Below, one piece after another: positions 1 to 17,164 of a DNA stretch of 64,000 nucleotides (position 1 is the stretch's first letter; every line of letters starts with the position of its first letter). The stretch is from Schizochytrium sp. TIO01. Taxonomy: Eukaryota; Protista; Bigyra: Labyrinthulomycetes. The translations under genes were made by a program, and so were the position numbers. The stretch spans positions 62,001-126,000 of the forward strand of contig SMSO01000009.1 in the NCBI GenBank assembly GCA_004764695.1, read 5' to 3'. The notes below the pieces were generated by a model. That model had not been told where the DNA came from. It saw nothing but the letters and a program-made list of their open reading frames with translations, and searched no databases.

Positions 1-170
1 CAAAGATGCTGGGTTGATTACCTGCGCTTGGAGGCTACGTAGCTTCCGGTTCCCTCTGCTTGGCCGCCAAACGAACGATGCTGTGACATCAGATCGCAGC
101 AACTTTGACTCTGCGAGACTTCGACGAGGCTCGAGCTCGTGCCACCATCGCCGCTTTGACAAGCAAGGCC
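1..170. repeat. Segment homologous to the reverse complement of ~44775-44937
   Basis: caaagatgctgggttga..acctgcgcttg..gcttccggttcc..ccaaacgaacga..ctctgcgagactt..gacgaggctcgagct matches 44775-44937 in inverted orientation. Confidence 0.8.
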
Positions 171-279
171 TCAGGTCCGCCATCAAGGGAAATGAATGTT
201 CTCTGGAAAAAGTAATCGATGCTGTTCATAAGCTTGGTCAATCTCAGTATGTGACTGTTTTGCTCTTGGTTATGGGTTT

Positions 280-1647
280 GTGAAATTCGCTGCTCACTAG
301 AGTAATAAACAATTATTCACAAACACGAGCGACTTCATAGGTGGCGAAAAAATCAATAATCATCATATCGAGTGGTTTTAGACCTGGAGATTGTGAGGTC
401 TTTACTCTTATGCTTTGCACATTTTGGCCTGGATAATAGCCAATAAGAGACTTTTTGAAAATAAGGTTTTTGATTTTGGTTCCTTCATGGTGTAATACCT
501 TTCACTACACAAACAATCACCGCAGTCACCATTGCAAATGCTTAAAGCAGGCATGAATTACGTTGTGCATTTGATTGGTTCATATGTATACGCTAGTGCT
601 TCATATAGTTATAGAGTGTAATAATCTCAGTGTCTTTCGCACTGTGCACGAAAAGCAATCAGCTCTAGTATATTTTGGCATTGTCCTGTTGCAACAATTA
701 CAACGTTGTATTATATTGTTAAGTTATGGCTTTGCTTTATTGGGCTAGTTAATACGTTCCTTGTAGCAGATATATGCTAAAGTACCAATAAAATAAAAAG
801 CAGAATATAGTAAATCACGTTGTGGCTAGAGTTGCTCCTCCAGAATCCCAGATCAATTTAGGGGGCTGTAGATTGAAGCCAGGGCCCCTGGTACCTGCCT
901 TTGTTTCGAAATGTAGTAATTGATGGATGTCTTCAGGGAAGCTTCTGAAGATTAAATTCCTTAAATTTGCTGAAGGGTATCTTCAACTTACAACTACTGC
1001 GCTGTTACCTTGAGAGTCCGCCACCAGGGCAAACGAAGAAGATGAAAATGAATTCTCGGGCCAGCGAATGGCGTTTGAAATGAACAATATACATCTCGCG
1101 ATTGAGAGTTGTGGTAAGCAGGAGCCCTTTTAAAAGCAAGTGTGACCTTTTCCTGTGAATCTTCTATTCAATTTACCGATATTTTTATGCGTAGTTTTCA
1201 TTTGTTTCTGCAAACGTGCTTTACAGAGAATGCAACTGCTGCCCCTGACTTTCCCTAGTAGATCATTCATTAATGCAAAGTGATTTTGTTTATTTATCTC
1301 TTTGTGCCTAATTTAGAATGCATTGCAAAAAATAGGATACATCAATTTTGTGATTCCCTATCATTTTTATTATTCAGGAATGTTGATAGTAAGCCAACGA
1401 CATCAGTACGTATGTCAAAAATGAACAGATTAACCCCGCTTTGTGTGGAGAACTGATATCATTGCTCAATTATTAGTGATTCATATCAAAGTACCAAAAA
1501 TGATTGGTTTGGGGGAAAAAAGGTAAAAAACATTCAACACCGGGGCTTCGCATGCAGTCCCCTATCATACTACTGACCCGGCCCTACGCGACTTTACTTC
1601 TCAGTGCGAATGAGATGAGGTGTTACCCGCGTGGTATGATCGAATGT
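280..1647. repeat. Segmental duplication, copy A (5S downstream flank plus 5S); diverged copy B at ~45130-46450
   Basis: Collinear shared blocks such as actagagtaat.aacaattattca.aaacacgagcgacttca, gctgttaccttgagagtccgccacc, ctgcccctgactttccc and gcattgcaaaaaataggatacatcaattttgtgat. Confidence 0.85.
1529..1647 (-). rRNA. 5S rRNA gene (copy 1)
   Basis: Reverse complement ACATTCGATCATACCACGCGGGTAACACC...AGTAGTATGATAGGGGACTGCATGCGAAGCCCCGGTGTTGAATGTT, 119 nt, paired termini, followed by an oligo-T Pol III terminator. Confidence 0.95.
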
Positions 1648-2112
1648 ATTGTACTGATGGTGTATAGTGTATATATACATAGTATTGAATGGGTTGTTGT
1701 TTACTTCTTACTTCTATGGCTATCTAGTTCATAGTAGGTAGTGCTAAGGGATAGTATTGCTGGAACTTCTGGAGCAATATCACTGCAAAAGATATTCTTT
1801 CTAGTAGTAGGTTTACTGAGATAGTAATAGTAGGACTTGAAAGAGCGAGAAAGAAAGGCATATGCAGAACCCGGTAAGGTTAGAGGTTCAAATTAGTAAA
1901 ATATTTTTTTATTTCAAGAGCATATTCAAAAGCATCTCCTTCTTATGGAAAACCTTAGTACTCCGTAAGTCAGAACGTGTGCAAGTTACCTTGCAAACCT
2001 GCATCTTTTGCGTCCAATAGCCTTCTGCAACAACCGGGGCTGTGCCACGAGCTTAGCTAAAGGGATACAAGCACGAGCACGCTGGTTAAGGCATAGATCT
2101 TTACTTGCTGCG

Positions 2113-7806
<5,694 letters not shown>

Positions 7807-8731
7807 CGATTATCCTAAGTTTGAGCAATGGATGTTTCACGTATGTTAGTGTTTGCTCTCGCACAACATTGTTTCTCATTAGCAGATGGACCCCGCTTCC
7901 CAAAATGAAACAGTCTAGTGCTATTGTCAATTGAACACGGGGTTTGATTCTAGGAACTTCAACTCAAGAAGACCACCTCCGTTCGTGCAAAGCAAACGAG
8001 CTTTAGCCTCTGCTGCATTTTCGGAGCCGGCAAGACGCATAGCTTCGACTTGTTTGGCACAGGAAGCATATTGACTAGGCGCGATATCGCAAAGGTAAGT
8101 CTGTTTTAAACCCGAAACCAAAGCAGGGGGTCCTAGGAGGGACAAATCGATCAAGTAACTTCACTCAATTTTGTTCTTATGATAGGTCGTTTTGATAGAC
8201 ATCAAAAACTCCTTTTTAGTCCTACGAAAAAGAGTGTAAAAATTTCATATCTTGCCTATAGTACTATGCCGAGCAAGTAAAAACTGGGGCAATGGATGTT
8301 GGCACTACTAACCTGACCTCATTTATCAACTCCCACATATCCCAGGGCCACTCCTTTCTTATTTCGTGTCTATACTTATATTATCCACGCTTCTCTCCAT
8401 CAGATCCACTGATGAAGGCTAAATTTCAACTATGTCGTATAAACTCGATTTTCAAAATGTAATTGAACTGAAAGACCTGCCAATCCTTCTGACTGTTTGA
8501 CCAAGGAAGAGAGAGACAGTGCTGAAGACGATCCGTCTCGATACGCTTGTATATGAATACTGTGTTCTTGTCGGGATATACCTCGAAGTGATGCGCAATT
8601 CAAAGGAAGATTTTATGTTCAATAGGACAAAGTCTTGCTTCAGGCTTTGTAAGTAACTTTAAAGAGTAAAGCATTTGATGTCCCCCCTCCCGACGATACT
8701 TAAAAGAAATGATGACTAATCATGCAGGCAC

Positions 8732-9035
8732 TACTGAGAAGGAATACAGATACACCGTTGCGACATAACTTTGCAAGGTTAAGAGGAGTACCTATTCGAC
8801 ACAATAGTGTCAAAAGGTGTCATGATGGGTGATGTGTAACACTGCACGTGACTCATCCAAGGAACGAAGGGAATCAAACAAGCATCGAGAGGAATTTGCA
8901 AAGCAAAACCTGACAAGCAGACCCGAAATACCAAAGCGACCAAAGCACTTGAATCTATCAAGCACATTCAACAAGACAACCCTAGTCCTAATACTAACTA
9001 ACTACTATCATCTCAGACATTTCCCCAAATAAGTA
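8732..9035 (+). repeat. Dispersed ~300-bp repeat (possible solo LTR of another family), copy 1
   Basis: tactgagaagga...cataactttgcaagg...tcgagagga.tttgcaaagcaaa is shared with 16683-17007 (inverted) and 46745-46920; 3' end approximate. Confidence 0.6.
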
Positions 9036-9759
9036 ATCATCATTAGGCACCTTCGCGAAGTCTTGTGACAACCGCCGTATCTTTACAACAACAAAAAGAC
9101 TACCTGGTCGATGCAGTTACTGGGAGATTATTCTGGTCAGCTTGGGGTTGACTGTAAAGATGAAGGCAAGGGTCTTGATGAAGGCTTTACGAAGGTTGAT
9201 TTAAGAGTTAGCGCTGGAGAATGAGTCCTAGGACAGATAGATTCATGTAGTGATTAGGGAGGTTAAGACATTCTTGAAAGGTGTTAGAGATGCTCGATGG
9301 GGTTAAGTTCATTCAACCTCTACAACCATCGATTCAAGTTACACCATGCTTGGATGTAGGTGATGTGTATTCACACTTTTGGTTCTTGACTCTGGCCGCC
9401 TACTCTTGCTCTATTGTAAGCCCTATGTCTACTAGGGTTTTACAAAGGGACGCCAAGAGATCTAGTAATGTCTTGTCCACTAGTTCCTTCGATTGGAGAT
9501 CTCATCAAATGGATTTTCATGTATGGAAGAAGGAAGGAGATCACTCAGGAACGCATATTTTTGTCTAATTTGTATCCTACTGGAAAACTTGCTGTTATTG
9601 CAAAAAACCCCTAGCAGAACATATCTCTCGGCTGTGAAACTATTGCTCGAAGCAACTGAAAAACTTAACTTCTGGAAGCCAAGGCTCCAGCTTGGTATGC
9701 CATCGCAGACTGATAGTGCCACTCTGACCGCAGGTTCCAAGTGCAAGTGCAAGCAGGAT

Positions 9760-10290
9760 TGAGGTGGGGAAGTAGCATCGAGATGTCACTTCCGTTGGAA
9801 CCTTCCTACGAGACCCTTTGTTGCTCGAACGACTCTAAAGACGGTAAGGAGTAGTAAAGACACTTTTCTATCCAAACTGCCAAAAAGAAGCTGATGCCAT
9901 TGAATCTACATTTGTAAACGAAATACACATGTATTGCGGACCTTTGCAGGGACTACAAGGGATTGCGGTGCCTTGATTTATCTTTGGTGGGCTTATTCGA
10001 AAATGGAGCGCTTCCTTGTAGTCACTGGGCATGGCAGTGATACGCTCCTTCAACCTTCACAACAGTAAGAGCTTACCACCCGTATACAATGCTGTCCTCA
10101 TGAAGCCTTAATGGCAGTGCACAAGGCTGATGTGTTTCACAGTAATGTTGCTCTAAACAACTTTGTATGGAATGGCGAATCTGTGGCGGTAATTGACTTT
10201 GGCAGATATTATGTCTGTACTGACCTTGAGCAACTCGCCAGAGAAGCTGATGACCTCGAAATGCTGTTCAGTCAGCATGAATCAATGAGT
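9760..10290 (+). pseudogene. Decayed protein-kinase gene fragment (Crinkler/fungal-type kinase-like)
   Basis: Fragments NEIHMYCGPLQGLQGIAVP* (in-frame stop) and VHKADVFHSNVALNNFVWNGESVAVIDFG (catalytic-loop and DFG-like motifs); no continuous ORF. Confidence 0.55.
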
Positions 10291-10352
10291 GGATTTTCTT
10301 TACTATTTTCTTTGAATTTGAAGGATTTTTTTTCTACAATAAAAAAAATGAA

Positions 10353-10559
10353 TATTGAAGTAATATACAGCTACTGTCTAACCTAACCTAACCTAACCTA
10401 ATCTCCTGTCCGTTGGACTGACATCATGCATTCATCTCTACCTGTATGCAGACCTGAAACCCCGATAACTCATATATCATCCTCTTTCTCTTTCTCCTGA
10501 GTTCGTCATCCTTGTCAGACTACCTCTCCACGCTTCACAGCACAGGCTACTCTGCAATA
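10353..10559 (+). repeat. 5' LTR (TATTG...CAATA termini)
   Basis: Matches 15870-16076 and is followed directly by the PBS. Confidence 0.95.
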
Positions 10560-10572
10560 GGTTATGGGCCCA
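10560..10572 (+). promoter_or_regulatory. Primer-binding site of the half-tRNAiMet (Drosophila copia) type
   Basis: GGTTATGGGCCCA immediately after the 5' LTR. Confidence 0.85.
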
Positions 10573-10718
10573 AGATACGCCAGGAAGACTCGAGCGTAAC
10601 AACTCGTTTCCTAGACATCTTGAAGATCAGACGAGCTCAACATCAGAGATAGAGTAAACTTTTTCGAAGTAAGACTTCCTACGGAAAACTATACACAGTC
10701 CTCAGGAACGTCAACACG

Positions 10719-13700
10719 ATGTCTTCTGTGAGAGAAAGCAAGCGGAACAGGACAAACCAAGCGGCGAACTCAGAGAGCCAGAGTGCTCTCTCTGCGGAAG
10801 AAGTTCAAAAGATACAGGAAAAACTAGAAAAGTACAAAAGGCTTTATGAAGAAAGTCAGAGGACGAAGGATCATCTCAAAGACTCCGACTATGATGATGA
10901 CCTAGAATACTTGAATGACGACTCTTCGCGCAAACGCCAGTCTCGCTCCCGCTCCTCATTCAGAACAACGGACCGTACTCGCGACATTCTAATCGATAGA
11001 ATCAACAAGATTCCTATAGGACCTTCTCTCGATTTAATGGGAAGTAACTGGGAGACCTGGTCAGCCAATGTACTGAGATACATGGATCACCATGGATGTA
11101 CTCCTGAAGAAATTGAAGCTACCACTGACCCTAAGAGACAACGTCTACTAGACAGTGCACTTTTCGCCTTACTCAGCAATCAAGCTGGTCCAAATTTTCA
11201 AAAACAACTACTACATTATGGTAAATCACACCATGGACATGAAGGACGCGCTGCCTGGGCACAGCTTCAAATTGCATTTAAAAAACAGCCTGGTGAGACC
11301 AATCTTGACAAGGTCACAGCACTCTTACAATGTCTTCGGAAATACCTTGACAATTCCCTTGAGAGTATGTCAGAAAACGAAATCATGGTATGGTTTATGG
11401 AACTATACAACACTCAGTGTGAATTGTTAGCTACTGGCATGACGTTACATGATTACATGTTTATCCTTAACCTTTTACCACGTATTCGTTACATGGGTCC
11501 ACAAACAACTGCGATCTATGGCAAAGCAATTAAACTCAAAGAGTATAGTAAAGAATTGTTTCAAGAGTTACGAAACACGGAACGGGAAGTTGCACAACAA
11601 TGCACACTTAAAGGCAAAAGTGGCTATTCTGCTGGGAACCCTGAACCCACACATCTACAAGCAAACTCCTTTCATCCTTCCCGGAACAAGTTCAAGCGTC
11701 AAAAACGACCTACATCTCAAAACAACAATTCCGGGGGAGCACAACAACCCTTTCCTCAAAGGAATAAATGCTCACACTGTGGTTATTCAAATCATGCTGA
11801 GGCAAACTGCAAATTCTTGACAACAATTTGTCCTATCTGTAACCAAGTTGGACACAGACCCTCTGTTTGTCCAAGTAGATCATCGCGACAACAAAAGTCG
11901 AACAACAAGCGTCAGCGTCATAATTCAACACCACCGTACAAAGGTCTCGCGTTACACAACGCTCCTTTTGAACAAGGACCTTTTCATGCCAATTACAGTG
12001 TCAACCTTCTGACAATCAATCATCTAAAATCAGAACAGAAGTCAGCAGAGACAACCTCAGAAGGATTCCTACTAGATTCTGGATGCAATTTGCATGTCAC
12101 ACCAAATCTTGCATTGCTCTCAAACTATGAGAACATTAATCCACTATCAATGGATGCAGCTCAAGGATCCTCAGTTCCGATTTTAGGAAAAGGTACCCTG
12201 GAGGCACGAGTAAGATCAACGTCGGGTAGAATTGTTCCTTTAACACTTACAGTCTACTACGCACCTTCCCTTGCTCACACATTACTGTCGACGTCTATTA
12301 TGACTCAGCAAGGATTCTCATTTTTCTTCTCACAAGATAGCGATCGTATGACCACTCCACATGGAGAAGTGATTACACTCGGTCAGCAATCTGACATCCC
12401 AATGCTTATCCCTGTAAAAGCACCCAAAGTTAACGCTCTGCAACTACGGAAAGCACAAAAACTCAGTTATAAAGGAATAGATTGGCTAGAAGCTCACCTT
12501 AAATTAGGTCACGCTTCAATTCCACGCATAGCATCCTCCATAGGAGTTTCTGCATCACAAATCGACTTCTTATGCATGGATTGTAAAGTTGCCAACTTTG
12601 AACGTATTCCAGTGACAAAAGGACCTCACACACCATATGCTAAGTCTCCTCGACAAGCTGTTACAGCTGATGTGATGGGACCATTCCACGTTCTAGGCAT
12701 CCCCCACAAGTTAAAATATGCCATAGTCTACAGAGATCTTTACTCAGACTTTACATATGTTTATCCTATACAATCCACTGATCAAGTGTCCACGACCCTT
12801 CGTACCTTTGCTCAAGCATGGCTCCAAGGTAAAAACACCTCGCGCATCATCATTCGCACAGACGGAGCTAAATATTTTACAGGCGGAGAGTTTGCAAGAT
12901 CACTTCACACCATGCGGTGGGAACATAAACTATCTGCACCACACTCTCATGCTACAAATCCTGCTGAAGGCATCAATCGAGTACTAATGAATGGTCTTCG
13001 CTCCAATCTAAAAACTGCATTACTCGGAGCCAAATATTGGCCCTATGCTTTATCTCATGCTGTACATGTCAAGAATCGCACAGCCTCCAGTCGCAATCGG
13101 AAATCTCCGTACGAACGACATTTTGGCAAAGCACCAGACTACAGCTACTTCCACATTTTTGGAGCACCATGTGTGTTCAAGAAGTTTCCCATTCCGCAAA
13201 AGTTGGGAGATAGGGGTGAACTAGGCATTTTCCTTGGATATGCTGATAGTTACACTCATGGAACTGTACATGTCTTACCCAAAGACAAGTCCAACATCCT
13301 TCAAACGCGTGAAGTCAAGATTTTCGATCAAGCATTGACTGAACAAACTCGTCAGCGTGCAATGTCGATAGAAACCGCTCTGACACCTGATCTAATTACT
13401 CATTGGACACGCGAAGAATCAAATAAACTAATTGCTGGAGAAATGTATCAGGATCTACCTGCTTTATCCTCCGCAGCTAATAATACTAAATCTTTCCTCA
13501 CTCCTAATACCCCAGAATATAATGATGACCGTGAATCCAATAGTGAACACGCTAGTCGTCTGGAGGGAAATCATAATGACCGTGAATCCAGTAGTGAACA
13601 CGCTAGTCATCCGGAACCCAATCATAATGACCGTGAATCCAGTAGTGAACACGCTAGTCATCCGGAACCCAATCATAATGACCGTGAATCCAGTAGTGAA

Positions 13701-15857
13701 CACGCTAGTCATCCGGAACCAAATCATAATGACCGTGAATCCAATAGTGAACACGCTAGTCATCCGGAACCAAATCATAATGACCGTGAATCCAGTAGTG
13801 AACACGCCAGTCATCCGGAACTAAATCACAATGACCGTGAATCCAGTAGTGAACACGCTAGTCATCCGGAACTAAATCACAATGACCGTGAATCCAATAG
13901 TGAACACGTTAGTCATTCTGAGGTAAATAATGATGACCGTGAATCCAAAAGTGAACATGCTCGTGAAGACATGGAACTAGAACATAGTTCAGTCCATGCA
14001 CACGATAGTCATCGGAGATCCAAAAGGACTCCCAAACCTCATGTACCACTAAATGTTGGTCCCAGTGCCAAAGGCGCTGCAAATAAATACCGATACTATA
14101 CCAATCGTCTGAAACGAAAACGTAATATGACGAATACAGAGTTAGATTTCTCGGATATTAATTCTCTATCAAAAGAAGAGAACTTACATGAACTAATCAT
14201 TCCCACGATATATCCGAGGGAACAGGAATATTTTGCTTTTCTTATTAAAACCAACACAGATAATAAACAATTACCTAAACCGGTCCCAAAACCATGTCCA
14301 TATGACGACATTGTAGTTCCAAACACTTATAAAGAAATGCGGAAACTGCCTCAGGCATATCAGCAACTATGGATCGCTGCGATGAATACTGAACATCACA
14401 ATCTGCAGTCCGCTGGTGTTCTGGAAACTGTACCCTTACACACTTTACCACAGGGACAGACTGTAATGGGAACTAGATGGGTCTTTACAAAGAAGGCACC
14501 ACCGGTCAATCTGTTAAAAGCACGGGTTGTAGTACAAGGCTACAATGAGGCCATTGAACATGTTTATGATATATACTCACCAACAGTTAATGTTGAAAGC
14601 ATTCGTGTTGCAACAATTATTGCTTTAACGAGAGGCTATGATGCTATCACCGTTGATGTAACAGCCGCATTTCTAGAAGCACAAATTCCAGATGACGAAT
14701 TCCTCTACACCAAAGGTATTGAAGGTCTTGACTTAGCAGAAGGTTATTGTTATCGTCTGCGTAAAAGTCTATATGGACTCAAAAGTGCCCCCCGTAGGTG
14801 GATGGATCATTTGACGGCTATATTAGAAAATTATGGCTTAACACGATCTATAACGGACGCATCACTCTTTATTGGCAAAGATCTTCTAATGACTATCCAT
14901 GTTGATGACATGAGAATTTTTGGCACACCCCAAGCACTAAAAGCGATTGTCAAAGAACTTGAACAAAATGTCGGCGTCAAAGTTAATCGTGAAAAACAAT
15001 GCCATTATCTTAGTGATACACATGTCTATGACAAGTCACGAAAGATCTGTACCATCAGCCAACGCGAGTATTGTGAAAAAGCCCTTAGGCGATGTAATAT
15101 GGAAAACTGCAATGGAGCTAAGACTCCATCCATCCTTAAAGAGTTAAGTGATCATCCTGACGACTCTGTGAATGAACACTATCGTCCACTTGTCGGCACT
15201 CTAATGTATTTACTAAAAACTCGACCGGATATGGCATACACTTTACACCAACTTGCATGTCATGGTCAAAAGAATGGAGCGGAACATATGCAAGCTCTTA
15301 AACATGCATTCCGTTATGTCAAGGCCACAAAGGACAAAGTTCTAACACTCAAAGGCGTGGATTCAGAGGCACAACTTGTTTTGAACGTCTATACAGATGC
15401 TTCTTTCAGCAAGGCACATGACAAACTTCGTCGTAGTGTTACAGGATATGTTGTTATGATAAATGATAGTGCTGTTGTATGGAAAACAACCAAACAGTCT
15501 ACAGTTGCAAGAAATACTCACGAAGCTGAACTAATTGCTGCAGTTGCAGGAGTTCTCAGAGCAGAATCCATTCGACAACTTTTAGCAGACATGAACATTT
15601 ACATCAATGAAATACAGGTATATATAGATTGTCAAGCATTAGTAAACACAATCAAAAAGGAAGAAGTTAATGGTACAAATGGTTATCTCGCAGTACAACT
15701 TGCAGTACTGATTCATCGAAGACAAAACCAATTACTCAAGGTACATCATGTTAAAGGCACAGAAAATATAGCTGATTTACTCACCAAACCACTTGCAGCA
15801 CCATCTCATTGGAAACACGCGAGTCGCTTACTTGATGCTTCAGGTGCTGACGCGTGA
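10719..15857 (+). CDS. Copia Gag-Pol polyprotein, 1712 aa
   Basis: Zinc knuckles CSHCGYSNHAEANC and CPICNQVGHRPSVC, protease FLLDSGC, integrase HLKLGH..CMDC with DDE-like residues (ADVMG, RTDGA, NPAEG), RT SLYGLKSAP and IHVDD, RNase H YTDASF and ADLLTK. Confidence 0.96.
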   Translation: MSSVRESKRNRTNQAANSESQSALSAEEVQKIQEKLEKYKRLYEESQRTKDHLKDSDYDDDLEYLNDDSSRKRQSRSRSSFRTTDRTRDILIDRINKIPIGPSLDLMGSNWETWSANVLRYMDHHGCTPEEIEATTDPKRQRLLDSALFALLSNQAGPNFQKQLLHYGKSHHGHEGRAAWAQLQIAFKKQPGETNLDKVTALLQCLRKYLDNSLESMSENEIMVWFMELYNTQCELLATGMTLHDYMFILNLLPRIRYMGPQTTAIYGKAIKLKEYSKELFQELRNTEREVAQQCTLKGKSGYSAGNPEPTHLQANSFHPSRNKFKRQKRPTSQNNNSGGAQQPFPQRNKCSHCGYSNHAEANCKFLTTICPICNQVGHRPSVCPSRSSRQQKSNNKRQRHNSTPPYKGLALHNAPFEQGPFHANYSVNLLTINHLKSEQKSAETTSEGFLLDSGCNLHVTPNLALLSNYENINPLSMDAAQGSSVPILGKGTLEARVRSTSGRIVPLTLTVYYAPSLAHTLLSTSIMTQQGFSFFFSQDSDRMTTPHGEVITLGQQSDIPMLIPVKAPKVNALQLRKAQKLSYKGIDWLEAHLKLGHASIPRIASSIGVSASQIDFLCMDCKVANFERIPVTKGPHTPYAKSPRQAVTADVMGPFHVLGIPHKLKYAIVYRDLYSDFTYVYPIQSTDQVSTTLRTFAQAWLQGKNTSRIIIRTDGAKYFTGGEFARSLHTMRWEHKLSAPHSHATNPAEGINRVLMNGLRSNLKTALLGAKYWPYALSHAVHVKNRTASSRNRKSPYERHFGKAPDYSYFHIFGAPCVFKKFPIPQKLGDRGELGIFLGYADSYTHGTVHVLPKDKSNILQTREVKIFDQALTEQTRQRAMSIETALTPDLITHWTREESNKLIAGEMYQDLPALSSAANNTKSFLTPNTPEYNDDRESNSEHASRLEGNHNDRESSSEHASHPEPNHNDRESSSEHASHPEPNHNDRESSSEHASHPEPNHNDRESNSEHASHPEPNHNDRESSSEHASHPELNHNDRESSSEHASHPELNHNDRESNSEHVSHSEVNNDDRESKSEHAREDMELEHSSVHAHDSHRRSKRTPKPHVPLNVGPSAKGAANKYRYYTNRLKRKRNMTNTELDFSDINSLSKEENLHELIIPTIYPREQEYFAFLIKTNTDNKQLPKPVPKPCPYDDIVVPNTYKEMRKLPQAYQQLWIAAMNTEHHNLQSAGVLETVPLHTLPQGQTVMGTRWVFTKKAPPVNLLKARVVVQGYNEAIEHVYDIYSPTVNVESIRVATIIALTRGYDAITVDVTAAFLEAQIPDDEFLYTKGIEGLDLAEGYCYRLRKSLYGLKSAPRRWMDHLTAILENYGLTRSITDASLFIGKDLLMTIHVDDMRIFGTPQALKAIVKELEQNVGVKVNREKQCHYLSDTHVYDKSRKICTISQREYCEKALRRCNMENCNGAKTPSILKELSDHPDDSVNEHYRPLVGTLMYLLKTRPDMAYTLHQLACHGQKNGAEHMQALKHAFRYVKATKDKVLTLKGVDSEAQLVLNVYTDASFSKAHDKLRRSVTGYVVMINDSAVVWKTTKQSTVARNTHEAELIAAVAGVLRAESIRQLLADMNIYINEIQVYIDCQALVNTIKKEEVNGTNGYLAVQLAVLIHRRQNQLLKVHHVKGTENIADLLTKPLAAPSHWKHASRLLDASGADA
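13520..13965 (+). repeat. 51-bp coding minisatellite (~9 x 17 aa NHNDRESSSEHASHPEP) in the integrase-RT linker
   Basis: Period 51 bp (13571, 13622, 13673...), frame-preserving. Confidence 0.92.
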
Positions 15858-15869
15858 TTTGCGGGGGAG

Positions 15870-16076
15870 TATTGAAGTAATATACAGCTACTGTCTAACC
15901 TAACCTAACCTAACCTAATCTCCTGTCCGTTGGACTGACATCATGCATTCATCTCTACCTGTATGCAGACCTGAAACCCCGATAACTCATATATCATCCT
16001 CTTTCTCTTTCTCCTGAGTTCGTCATCCTTGTCAGACTACCTCTCCACGCTTCACAGCACAGGCTACTCTGCAATA
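15870..16076 (+). repeat. 3' LTR
   Basis: Preceded by the polypurine tract at 15861-15869 and followed by TSD ATGAA. Confidence 0.95.
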
Positions 16077-16682
16077 ATGAATAAAGCCGGATTTCTGATG
16101 TAGTTATTAGTTGATATGGAGTACATTGAGAGAGACGAAATTTTTATCGCAGAACGGCTTGTAGTGCAGTGGGTAAAGAGAAGTGAACTGAGGAAACCGA
16201 TTGAGCAATGACAATGAAAGAAGGTGAAAAGGAAAAGCATGGTATCCTATAGAAATCATGGACATCGTTTGAAACCTTGAGATTGGTTTGGACTGTAGCC
16301 ATTCTTTCACCTAGATGCACGTTAAGCAGGTTTGCTTGAATACATACTTGGCTTGTTTTCTTCATTTGTTCTCATAAATCATACATAAGAAATTCTCACG
16401 AGACTACCTTACCTATCATCATACATTCAGTCATGAATAAAAAGGAAGCTTCATATGACGTTATATATTGATTTATTTCCTCGAGGATAAGTTTTATTGT
16501 CAGGTACCTAGTTCTATGACCATCTAGCCTGAGGTCTTCGTTGCTCAAACGTGCTATTGTGTGATTTTCGGGGTATATCATCTGCAATAGTCCTAATGTT
16601 GCATCTCGTCTATTATGCGAATAGCTGTACTTGAATCTGGCCGAAAAGAAAGCGGGTGCAGATGAAACATGGTTATAAGGTG

Positions 16683-17007
16683 ATTGAGGAAATGTTGGAG
16701 ATAGTTGGGTTTAATTTGTATTGAAGCTAGGGTTAGTTCTTGTCTTGGATAGCTTGTAGTCTTGTTGAATCGATTTGGGTCGATTCAGGTTGATTCGGAT
16801 CTGCGTCAGATTTGCTTTGCAAACTCCTCTCGACGCTACCTTGCTCCCTCTGTTTCCTAATATGCGTGCGTGTATCTCATGCGGTGTAACACATGAATGC
16901 AATTGGTGTCACAAAATATCAGGCATCATGCCAGTGGTATCACAATCGAGTTCCTTTAAGCCTTGCAAAGTTATGCCGTGATGTTGAATCTGTTTTGCTT
17001 CTCAGTA
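16683..17007 (-). repeat. Dispersed ~300-bp repeat, copy 2 (inverted relative to 8732-9035)
   Basis: Reverse complement reads tactgagaagcaaaacaga...cataactttgcaaggcttaaagga...tcgagaggagtttgcaaagcaaa. Confidence 0.6.
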
Positions 17008-17164
17008 CTAAGATAATAGACTTCATCTCCTAAATCCAAACAATTCCTCTGGCAGGCAATATGCCCTTTCCGATTAGATTTCTTTGAAACTAGCCTTGGT
17101 GCCTTTTGTGACGCTGGCGTACTGAATATGTTTTAATACATATGTTACGTGAACTCGGGGTCCT

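Larger units (their letters stand above)
10353..16076 (+). mobile_element. Full-length Ty1/copia LTR retrotransposon, recent insertion
   Basis: 207-bp LTRs at 10353-10559 and 15870-16076 that look identical; 5-bp TSD ATGAA (10348-10352 / 16077-16081); PBS GGTTATGGGCCCA; PPT GCGGGGGAG; single gag-pol ORF in PR-IN-RT-RH order. Confidence 0.97.

Noticed and set aside
10719-15857. Copia reverse transcriptase as the driver of LRR diversification (DGR-like)
   Set aside because: It is an ordinary, recently inserted copia; no template/variable repeat pair or adenine-specific mutation pattern is evident, and the introns are retained in the arrays
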